This document shows, in pieces, positions 40,110 through 49,965 of a stretch of DNA of 64,000 nt (positions within the stretch are counted from its first letter, which is position 1; each line of letters begins with the position of its first letter). A program made the position numbers and the translations under genes. Under the pieces are notes generated by a model. The model saw only the letters and a list, made by a program, of their open reading frames with translations, searched no databases and was not told the origin of the DNA. Origin of the DNA: Candidatus Limnocylindria bacterium (lineage in GTDB: Bacteria; Vulcanimicrobiota; Vulcanimicrobiia; Vulcanimicrobiales; Vulcanimicrobiaceae); assembly GCA_035493875.1 (NCBI GenBank), contig DATJHK010000008.1, positions 3,941 through 67,940 on the forward strand, read 5' to 3'.

Positions 40110-40276
40110 GTCACCCTGAGCTCGTCGTCATCTCACCCTGAGCTTGCGGCCATGTCACCCTGAGCTTGTCGAAGGGCGTCGCGAAGCGCCGTCTGAGCCT
40201 GTCGAAGACGTCTTCCCCGCAATGCTTCGACAGGCTCAGCATGACGTGGGTGCTTCGACAGGCTGAGCATGACGTG
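40110..40276. repeat. Cluster of short direct and inverted repeats (GTCACCCTGAGCTTGTCGAAG family), REP/MITE-like
   Basis: TCACCCTGAGC occurs at 40111, 40133 and 40155. The full unit GTCACCCTGAGCTTGTCGAAGGG is at 40154-40176, with a variant GTCTGAGCCTGTCGAAG at 40191-40207. Inverted copies GCTTCGACAGGCT[C/G]AGCATGACGTG are at 40224-40248 and 40252-40276. CTGAGCCTGTCGAAG (40193-207) pairs perfectly with CTTCGACAGGCTCAG (40226-240). Confidence 0.7.
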
Positions 40277-40316
40277 AGCGGGGCTGCGGGTCTTCGAGCT
40301 TTCGCTCCGGTCCCGG

Positions 40317-41621
40317 CTAGGCGGTCGGGACGTTGCGCCGACGGCGGCGGCGGCGCGTCGTGCCGGATGCGGCCTGCACCGTGTCATGGGCGCCGGCATG
40401 TTGTCTTGGCCCCGCGTGGGCCGTCACGGGGTGCCGGGGTCCGGCGTGGACGGGGCTCGCATGGACGGGGCTCGCAACGAGGGGGCGCTCAGGGAGCGGC
40501 GGCGTCTTGGAGCGGTCGATGCGGCGTCCGACGGCCTTCTCGATCTCGCGGAAGAGCTTCTCTTCCTCTTGCGAGACGAACGTGATCGCATCGCCGGTCT
40601 GCTCCGCGCGTGCGGTACGGCCGACGCGGTGCACGTAGTCTTCGGGGATCATCGGCACGTCGAAGTTCACCACGTGTCCGAGATCGGCGACGTCGATCCC
40701 GCGGGCCGCGACGTCGGTCGCGACGAGCACGCGCAGCTTGCCGCGCTTGAAGTCCGCGAGCGCTCGCGTCCGCTGCGCCTGTGAGCGATCACCGTGGATG
40801 CGCTCGGCGGCGATGTCGTGTTTGGCGAGCGCGAGCGCGAGTCGGTTCGCGCGCGCCTTCGTGCGCGTGAACGCGATCGCGCTGTAGATGTTGTTGTCTT
40901 TGAGGAGCTCGACGAGCAGATCGGTCTTGCGCTGCTGGTCGATCGTGTACGCCGTGTGCGTGATCCCCTCGGCCGTCGTGCGCTTCGTACTCTGCGGCAC
41001 CATCTCGACGCGCACGGGATCGCGGAGCATCTCGCGCGTCAGCGCGGCGATCTCCGGTGCGATCGTCGCCGAGAAGAACAGCGTTTGGCGCGCCTTCGGG
41101 ACCTGCGCGACGATGCGGCGCACGACCGGGAGGAAGCCCATGTCGAGCATGCGGTCCGCTTCGTCGAGGACGAGCACCGAGACGTCGCCCAGACGCGCCG
41201 CGCCTTGGCCCATCAAGTCGGTGAGACGCCCCGGACAGGCGACGATGATCTCGGTCCCGCGCGCGAACGCGGCGATCTGATTGCCGAATCCGACGCCGCC
41301 GAAGATCGCAGCGACGCGTAGATTGCTTCCCTTCCCGAGCGCTTCGAGATGCTCGGCGATCTGCGCAGCCAATTCACGCGTCGGCGCGAGAATCAGTGCG
41401 TGGGTCTTCTTGCGCGGCAGCGTCGCCAGCCGCTCGATCAGCGGGATCCCGAACGCGGCGGTCTTCCCGGTCCCGGTCTGGGCCGAGGCGAGAACGTCTT
41501 TGCCGGCCAGCGCCGGCGGGATCGCGGCGGCCTGCACCGGGGTGGGCGTGGTGAAGCCGAGAGCGCGCACAGAGGCGAGGATCGCCGGGCTCAGACCCAG
41601 CGAGTCGAATGTCGTTTGCAT
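40317..41621 (-). CDS. DEAD-box ATP-dependent RNA helicase with a basic C-terminal tail
   Basis: Trimmed to ATG 41621 (MQTTFDSLGLSPAILASVRALGFTTPTPVQ is the Q motif). It also has AQTGTGKT, VLDEADRMLD (DEAD), SAT and HRVGRTARA. The tail ends in RRRRRRR. Confidence 0.9.
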   Translation of the reverse strand: MQTTFDSLGLSPAILASVRALGFTTPTPVQAAAIPPALAGKDVLASAQTGTGKTAAFGIPLIERLATLPRKKTHALILAPTRELAAQIAEHLEALGKGSNLRVAAIFGGVGFGNQIAAFARGTEIIVACPGRLTDLMGQGAARLGDVSVLVLDEADRMLDMGFLPVVRRIVAQVPKARQTLFFSATIAPEIAALTREMLRDPVRVEMVPQSTKRTTAEGITHTAYTIDQQRKTDLLVELLKDNNIYSAIAFTRTKARANRLALALAKHDIAAERIHGDRSQAQRTRALADFKRGKLRVLVATDVAARGIDVADLGHVVNFDVPMIPEDYVHRVGRTARAEQTGDAITFVSQEEEKLFREIEKAVGRRIDRSKTPPLPERPLVASPVHASPVHAGPRHPVTAHAGPRQHAGAHDTVQAASGTTRRRRRRRNVPTA

Positions 41622-41695
41622 CGATTCTTTCGAAGGCGAAGGCGCGAGGTCGATCGGCGTGTTCGAAAGATCGCGCGTTGAGAGATGACGGGATA

Positions 41696-41726
41696 GTATA
41701 GCACAGCCGGCACGACGCGCGACAAC
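41696..41726 (-). promoter_or_regulatory. Candidate extended -10 promoter (TTGTCG-N19-TGcTATACT) for the helicase gene
   Basis: The minus strand reads ...TTGTCGcgcgtcgtgccggctgTGcTATACTatcc. TATACT is the complement of 41696-41701, which would give a ~70-nt leader. Confidence 0.4.
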
Positions 41727-41878
41727 CGGTGACGTCGTTCCGCGCAGCGAGAGTGGTGCCTGGATCACACCGAGCAGCCGCCGCAAGAAACTTGCAGCGT
41801 CGTGGGTACGCGACGAAAACGATCGTCCACGCATTGTGTCGCGGACGATCGCGTTCTGCCTGAAAGGACGTCTTCTGC

Positions 41879-43018
41879 ATGCATCGTGCTTGGAAGGTCG
41901 TGTTGTCGGCCGCGCTCCTCGCCCTCGCCGCCGGGTGCGGCGGGAAAGGGAGCACCGTCACACCGCCCGCGCAGTCGGGCTCGAGCTTCAGCCTTCAGCG
42001 CACCGTCGCCGTGCCGAACACGGGCGCCGGCGCATCATTCTCCTTCGACATCGGCGCCGTCGACCCGACGGCCCAGCGATATTATCTCGCCGACCGCACG
42101 AACAAGTCGCTCGACATCCTCGATCTCGGCAGCTACACGCTGCGCCAAGTCGGCGGCTTCGCCGGGGTCGGCTCATCGAGCTCGACCTCCGGTCCCGACG
42201 GCGTCGTCACCGTGACCGGAAGCTCCACCGTCTACGTCGGTGACGTCAACAGCGTCAAGGTCGTCGATGCGAGCGCCGGTACCGTCACCGCGACGATCCC
42301 GATCGCGATCTCCGGGTTTCGGACCGACGAGGGCTGCTACGACCCGGACGACGGCTTGGTGATGTTCGCCAACCCCGCCGACTCGCCGCCGTTCGCAACC
42401 TGGATCTCGACCAAGACGAACACGATCGTCGCGAAGTACACGTTCACCGGCTCGACGGGGCTCGAGCAGTGTGTCTACGACCCGCAGACCAAGAACTTCT
42501 TCGTGAACAACGACGCCACGCCGACGAACCCGACCGGTGAGCTCGACGTGATCGCCGCCTCGTCGGTCGCGGCCGGGACGCCGAGCGTCGCGAACGCGTA
42601 TCCGGAAACGGGCTGCAACCCCTCCGGCCTCGCACTCGGCCCGAACGAAACGCTGTTCGTCGGCTGCACGCCCCCCAACGGCAGTCAGCTCATCTCGCTG
42701 ATGATGAACGCGACCAACGGCAGTATCGTCAAGACGGTCGCCGGGATCGGCGGCGAAGACGAGGTCGCCTACGATCCCAAACTCAACCGCTACTACACGT
42801 CCTCCGACGTGATGACCGCGAGCGGCGTCGCCAACAGCACCGGACCGTTCACACCGGTTCTCGGCGTGATCGATGCGAGCTCGCAGACGCTGATCAAGAC
42901 GTACCCGACGGCGACGGGCGCGCATTCGGTCGCCGCCGATCCGACGACGGGCCGCGTCTTCGTCCCGATCCCACCGACCGCGACCGCAGCCGGCGGCATT
43001 CAGGTCTACGGCCCGTAG
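41879..43018 (+). CDS. Lipoprotein, beta-propeller-like (YncE/YVTN-repeat-like)
   Basis: MHRAWKVVLSAALLALAAGC is a signal peptide with a lipobox. There are repeated ~40-aa units with Y-(Y/V)-x-D/N ... hydrophobic-V-I-D patterns (RYYLADRTNKSLDILD, TVYVGDVNSVKVVD, NFFVNND, RYYTSSD, RVFVP). Confidence 0.6.
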   Translation: MHRAWKVVLSAALLALAAGCGGKGSTVTPPAQSGSSFSLQRTVAVPNTGAGASFSFDIGAVDPTAQRYYLADRTNKSLDILDLGSYTLRQVGGFAGVGSSSSTSGPDGVVTVTGSSTVYVGDVNSVKVVDASAGTVTATIPIAISGFRTDEGCYDPDDGLVMFANPADSPPFATWISTKTNTIVAKYTFTGSTGLEQCVYDPQTKNFFVNNDATPTNPTGELDVIAASSVAAGTPSVANAYPETGCNPSGLALGPNETLFVGCTPPNGSQLISLMMNATNGSIVKTVAGIGGEDEVAYDPKLNRYYTSSDVMTASGVANSTGPFTPVLGVIDASSQTLIKTYPTATGAHSVAADPTTGRVFVPIPPTATAAGGIQVYGP

Positions 43019-43024
43019 CATTCG

Positions 43025-43777
43025 CTAGCGGCCGCCGGTTACGTCGAGTACCGCGCCTGTGACGTAGGAGGCCTCGTCGGAGAGGAGCCACGTCACGGCG
43101 GCGGCGATCTCGTCGGGGTCGCCGGCGCGGCGCATCGGAATCCCGGACGCCATCCTTGCGGGGCGTTCGGGATCGCCGGCCGCGGCGTGCAGGTCGGTCT
43201 CGACGAGCCCGGGAGCGACCGCGTTCACGCGGATCCCCTCCTCCGCGACCTCACGTGCGAGCCCGAGCGTGAACGTCTCGAGCGCCCCCTTCGAGGCGGC
43301 GTAGTGCACCCATTCGCCCGCGCTGCCGATCCGCGCGGCCTTCGAGGTGACGTTGACGATCGCGCCGCCGCGCCCGCCGTACGCGCTCGACATGCGGCGC
43401 ACCGCTTCGCGCGCGCACAGCATCGCGCCGATCACGTTGACGGCCATCACCCGTTCGAGCTGCGCGTGCGTCACCTCGGCGACGCGCGAGAAGCCCCCCG
43501 AGATCCCCGCGTTGTTCACTAGCGCCGCGAGCGGGCCGAACGTCACGTCGAGGGTGTGGAACGCGCGCAGCACGTCGTCTTCGCGAGCGACGTCGGCCTG
43601 GATCGCGACCGCGCGGCGCCCGCTCGCGACGATCTCCGCGACCAGCGCCTCGGCGGCCGAGCGCTCGTGCGCGTACGTCAGCGCGACGTCGTAGCCGGCG
43701 GCCGCGGCGCGCCGCCCGATCGCCGCACCGATCCCGCGGCTCCCGCCCGTGACCAGGAGCGGGCCGCGCGCACTCAC
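43025..43777 (-). CDS. Short-chain dehydrogenase/reductase (SDR)
   Basis: GTG 43777 overlaps the upstream TGA (GTGA). It has LVTGGSRGIGAAI, NNAG and YAASKGAL (YxxxK). The rest of track ORF 43025..44827 is shadow. Confidence 0.85.
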   Translation of the reverse strand: MSARGPLLVTGGSRGIGAAIGRRAAAAGYDVALTYAHERSAAEALVAEIVASGRRAVAIQADVAREDDVLRAFHTLDVTFGPLAALVNNAGISGGFSRVAEVTHAQLERVMAVNVIGAMLCAREAVRRMSSAYGGRGGAIVNVTSKAARIGSAGEWVHYAASKGALETFTLGLAREVAEEGIRVNAVAPGLVETDLHAAAGDPERPARMASGIPMRRAGDPDEIAAAVTWLLSDEASYVTGAVLDVTGGR

Positions 43778-45030
43778 TTCGCGATCGCGTCGACGTAGGC
43801 GATCTTGCGGCCGAGCGCCGCGAGCGCCTGATCCCACGTGTAGCGCGCCGCGGTCTGCGCGCCGTGCGCGCGCAGCTCCTCGGCGAGATGCTTGTCGGCG
43901 AAGAGCGCTTCGAGATATGCGGCCAGCTCGCGCCCGTCGGCGGTGTCGCAGACGATCGCGTTGACGAACGGCTCCGCGTACTCCTCGCCGGTCGCGCCGC
44001 AGACCGCGATCCCGCCGGCGGCCATCACCTCGAGCCCGACCAAGCCGAAGGGTTCCTTCCCGCTGTTCGCGAGCACCGCGTCGGCGGCGGCGTAGAGCGC
44101 GTAGAGCGTCGCCTCGTCGAGGAACGCGCGCACGTGCACGACCGGCGCGTCGCAATACGAGAGGACGCGCGCGAACTCGCGCCAGTCGCTCCCCTCGTAC
44201 GCCAGCCGTTCGACGGTGAGCTGCCGGTCGCGCGCGCGGCCCAGCACGACGTCGCCGTACGGCTCCTTCCCGCCGCGTACGATGAGGCGCGCGTCGACCC
44301 CGCGCTCGCGCAAGTCGGCGATCGCGTCGATCGCCTGCAGCCAGTTCTTGTCGGGATCGAAGCGCCCGACCTTGACGCACGTCGGATGCCCCTTGAACGC
44401 CGCCTTGAGGACCTGCACGCGCTCCGGATCGGCACCGTCGAGCAGCGCGGCGTCCAAGCCGTTCGGCACGACCAGCGCATTCACGCCCCATTGCGCCAGC
44501 TCGAACTTCATGTACTTGCTCACGGCGAGGATCGCAGCGGCGCGCGCGAGCGTCGGCCAGTGGATGCGGTCGAAGCCGTAGGTGTTGTTCGCGTTCCAGA
44601 GCAGCGTGAGATTCGCGCGCATCCCGCGTTCGCGCGCGAGCCGGTCGATCGCGATCGCGACGTTCGCCGTCTGCCACTCCTCGCAGATCACGAGCGCACG
44701 CTCCCCGCGCGCGTGCGCGGGCGCGACGATCTGATCGATTACCCAGCGCGGCAGGCTCGCCTCCCAATCGTGGACCTTCTCGAGCTCGCCGTCGTAGGCG
44801 TTGCGCGGGTGCTGCGCGGATATCCACTGCGACCAGCGGCGCAAGGTGACCCCGGGTTCGCTCTCCTCGACGGGCTTGGCGTGCGGATCGCCGACGAAGA
44901 CCAGGTCGACGTGGTGTCCGGCGGCGCCCAGGGCGCGCGCCAACTGTGTGACGCGGGTCCCGAGCCCCCCGATCGACGCATACCGATCGGGTCCCTCGAA
45001 CGACAGAATGGCGACCTGTGGTGGGATCAA
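43774..45030 (-). CDS. GT4-family glycosyltransferase (acceptor unknown)
   Basis: 418 aa. The N-terminus is VAILSFEGPDRYASIGGLGTRVTQLARALGAAGHHVDLVF. The C-terminal EPFGLVGLEVMAAGGIAVCGATGE is the E-x7-E region. Confidence 0.8.
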   Translation of the reverse strand: MIPPQVAILSFEGPDRYASIGGLGTRVTQLARALGAAGHHVDLVFVGDPHAKPVEESEPGVTLRRWSQWISAQHPRNAYDGELEKVHDWEASLPRWVIDQIVAPAHARGERALVICEEWQTANVAIAIDRLARERGMRANLTLLWNANNTYGFDRIHWPTLARAAAILAVSKYMKFELAQWGVNALVVPNGLDAALLDGADPERVQVLKAAFKGHPTCVKVGRFDPDKNWLQAIDAIADLRERGVDARLIVRGGKEPYGDVVLGRARDRQLTVERLAYEGSDWREFARVLSYCDAPVVHVRAFLDEATLYALYAAADAVLANSGKEPFGLVGLEVMAAGGIAVCGATGEEYAEPFVNAIVCDTADGRELAAYLEALFADKHLAEELRAHGAQTAARYTWDQALAALGRKIAYVDAIAK

Positions 45031-45048
45031 ACGACGACCTCCTGGGCG

Positions 45049-46019
45049 CTACGCGAGCGTCGCGGCAAACACCACCGCGTCGACGTTGCCGCCGGTGAGG
45101 ACCGCAGCGACGCGTTTACCCCGTAGGCGCGGCGCCTCACACGCGATCGCCGCGATCGCGATTGCGCCCGCACCTTCGGCAACGTTGTGGGTGTCCGTGA
45201 AGATCCAGCGCATGGCCTCGCGGATCGCTTCCTCACCGACCTCCACGATCCGCTCGGCTCCCCCGGCGATCACCTGCAGCGCGAGAGCGTCGGGGACGCG
45301 GCATGCCACCCCGTCGGCGATCGTCTCCGCAGGCTCGCCGGGCACGATCGCCCCGCACGCGAACGAACGCGCGTAGGCCGGAAAGCGCTCCGCGACGACG
45401 CCCACGACCTCGGTCGGAAGGCCGAGCAGATCGCGGACCGCGATCACACCGCTGATCCCCGAGCCGAGGCCGACCGGGACGTAGACGACGTCGAACGCGC
45501 CGGCGGCGAACAGCTCGCGCGCATAGGTCGCGACGCCGACGACCAGATCGCGATGGTACGAGGGGACGAAGCGGGCGCGCGGGTCACCCGCAACGAGTCC
45601 GGCCGCGTACGCACGCGCGGCGTCGAAATCCTCGCCGTGAACGATCAGCTCGGCGCCGAGCGCGCGCATCGCCGCGTTCTTCTCGACCGAGTTCCCCTGC
45701 GGCACGACGATCGTCGCGCGCAGCCCCGCGCGCGACGCGGCGAGGGCGATGCTCTGCCCGTGGTTGCCGCGCGTCGCGGTGACGAGGCGCTCCACCGCGG
45801 GCTCGCGCCGGCGCAGCGCGTCGACGTACGCCAGCCCGCCGCGTACTTTGAACGCGCCGAGCGGCGTGTGGTTCTCGTGCTTGACGACGAGGTCGACCCC
45901 GAGCCGTTCGCCGAGCAGCGGCCAGCGATAGGTCGGGGTCGGCGGAACGACCTCACGGATCAGGGCGGCGGCGCCGTCGATCTCCGCAAGGGAGATCTTC
46001 AGCGCCGTTGCCGTCGAGG

Positions 46020-46023
<4 letters not shown>
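45049..46023 (-). CDS. Threonine ammonia-lyase / serine-threonine dehydratase (PLP fold type II, short form)
   Basis: [17 protein letters not shown] contains the PLP lysine; also [10 protein letters not shown] and GLGSGISG. The GTG start overlaps the acnA TGA (GTGA at 46023..46020). Confidence 0.8.
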
Positions 46024-48815
<2,792 letters not shown>

Positions 48816-48818
48816 CCG

Positions 48819-48847
48819 TTGACAATCGTTTCGCAAACCGGGACAAT
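48819..48847 (+). promoter_or_regulatory. Candidate promoter TTGACA-N17-GACAAT; would make the wHTH mRNA leaderless
   Basis: TTGACA is at 48819-24 and GACAAT at 48842-47. The GTG start codon at 48854 lies 7 nt after the -10 hexamer. GACAAT also occurs at 48821-26, giving a direct repeat 21 bp apart. Confidence 0.35.
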
Positions 48848-48853
48848 TCCGCC

Positions 48854-49195
48854 GTGAGGGACGACCTGCGCCCGGCGCTCTTCGGCTCGGCCTTGCGCGA
48901 CCGGATGCTGACGCGGCTCGCGCTCTCGCAGAACGGCTTGCACATCCGCGAGCTGGCACGCCAAGTCGACGCGAGCCCGACCGCGGTCCACCGCGCGGTC
49001 ATCGCGCTCGAGCATGGCGGGGTCGTCGTCTCGCGGCTCGTCGGCAACTCGCGGGTCGTCCTGCTCAACCGGCGCTGGTACGGCGCGGTCGAGCTGCGCG
49101 CGCTGCTCGAACGCCTCGTCGCCGCCTACCCGGAGATTCGCGAACGCGCCTCGCGCTACCGCGAGCGGCCGCGGCGCATCGGCAAGCCGCTGTGA
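48854..49195 (+). CDS. Winged-helix DNA-binding protein (MarR/ArsR-like wHTH) with a basic C-terminal tail; putative antitoxin/regulator
   Basis: 113 aa. [41 protein letters not shown] is a helix-turn-helix plus wing. The tail is [18 protein letters not shown]. It is divergent from acnA. Confidence 0.6.
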   Translation: MRDDLRPALFGSALRDRMLTRLALSQNGLHIRELARQVDASPTAVHRAVIALEHGGVVVSRLVGNSRVVLLNRRWYGAVELRALLERLVAAYPEIRERASRYRERPRRIGKPL

Positions 49196-49755
49196 TCCTG
49201 CGCGCCGGCGCGACGCTGATCGACGTGGAGTTCGCGGTCTGCACGGCGCTCGCGCAAGCCGGCGAGACCGCCGTTCTGTGCGGAGGCAGCGCCGCGGCGT
49301 ACTACGTCCCCGACGAGTACCAGTCGCTCGACGTCGACTTCATCCTGCACGTCGGCACCGCGCGGCACAGCATCGACCGCGCCCTTGCGACCCTCGGTTA
49401 CGCCTGGGTCGCGGAAGGGTTCTACGAGCATCCCGAGCTGCCGTACACCGTCGAGTTCCCCGTCGGCCCGCTCGCGATCGGCCGCGAGGAGGTCGTGACG
49501 TGGCGGACCGACCGCCGCGCGCACCAGATCCTGCACGTCCTCACACCGACCGACGTCGTACGCGACCGCTTCCTCCATTACTGGGCCTGGAAGGACGAAG
49601 GCGCGTTCCGCGTCGCGCTCGCGGTCGCGCGCGCCAAGCCTCGCGAGGTCGACCTCGACGCGTTCCGCGCCTGGTGCCGGCGCGAGGCCGAGGCCGACCG
49701 CAACTACGATCCCGAGGAGGTCGACCGCTTCTTGCAGGCGCTCGGGTCCCGCTGA
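49192..49755 (+). CDS. Minimal Pol-beta-superfamily nucleotidyltransferase (AbiEii/DUF2204-like); putative toxin
   Basis: GTG 49192 overlaps the wHTH TGA (GTGA). The motif LCGGSAAAYYVPDEYQSLDVDFIL fits G-[GS]-x(9-13)-D-h-D-h. 187 aa of ordinary composition. Confidence 0.55.
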   Translation: MILRAGATLIDVEFAVCTALAQAGETAVLCGGSAAAYYVPDEYQSLDVDFILHVGTARHSIDRALATLGYAWVAEGFYEHPELPYTVEFPVGPLAIGREEVVTWRTDRRAHQILHVLTPTDVVRDRFLHYWAWKDEGAFRVALAVARAKPREVDLDAFRAWCRREAEADRNYDPEEVDRFLQALGSR

Positions 49756-49772
49756 CGCGCGTCGGCGCGGAG

Positions 49773-49789
49773 GAGCGGACGCTCTTTTT
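49773..49789 (+). terminator. Weak intrinsic terminator after the nucleotidyltransferase gene (GAGC-GGAC-GCTC + TTTTT)
   Basis: A 4-bp stem with a 4-nt loop is followed by T5 (49785-89). It is preceded by a second small GC hairpin, CGCGC-gtcg-GCGCG (49756-69). Confidence 0.35.
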
Positions 49790-49831
49790 ACCCGGGAACC
49801 ATGGCGCGATCCGTGCTCCCATGGTACGATG

Positions 49832-49920
49832 GCCGCGCGTCATCGGGATGGGCAGCGGCGAAAAGGCCGCGGAGCAACGTCGCCCACACCCGGTAGCAGG
49901 GAAACCTGCTACGCGACGGC
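49832..49920 (+). ncRNA. Candidate structured RNA: flush three-way junction with a GAAA tetraloop (no family recognised)
   Basis: P1 is 49832-40 / 49911-20 (9 bp, A49916 bulged). P2 is 49842-47 / 49889-94 plus 49849-53 / 49882-86, with apical hairpin GCGGC-GAAAAG-GCCGC (49855-70). P3 is 49895-49900 / 49905-10 closed by GAAA (49901-04). Only C49841 is unpaired at the junction. See findings. Confidence 0.4.
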
Positions 49921-49956
49921 ACGGAAGGTTCACGCAAGTGAACCTTCCGTGCTTTT
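49919..49956 (+). terminator. Strong rho-independent terminator (15-bp perfect stem, GCAA loop, TTTT)
   Basis: GCACGGAAGGTTCAC-GCAA-GTGAACCTTCCGTGC-TTTT. The U-tract is present only on the plus strand. It lies 10 nt beyond the stop of the convergent rnd gene. Confidence 0.8.
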
Positions 49957-49965
49957 CCGCCGGCG

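Noticed and set aside
40110-40276. Possible CRISPR array because of repeated TCACCCTGAGC units
   Set aside because: The repeats are short (11-25 nt), irregular, present in both orientations, and mutually complementary. The 'spacers' are 11 nt. There are no cas genes in the window.
43774-45030. GT4 gene as the missing glycogen synthase (glgA)
   Set aside because: Bacterial GlgA is GT5 with a KxGGL start. This protein has a GT4-type N-terminus and E-x7-E region and sits in a different operon, so there is no basis for a glgA call.
49832-49956. SRP (4.5S) RNA or a known riboswitch class
   Set aside because: It lacks the SRP helix-8 asymmetric/symmetric loops and the GGAA-closed apical motif, and all its helices are nearly perfect. 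I could not find the diagnostic boxes of the TPP, SAM, B12, glycine, c-di-GMP, ZTP, guanidine or fluoride aptamers. I have kept it as an unclassified candidate.
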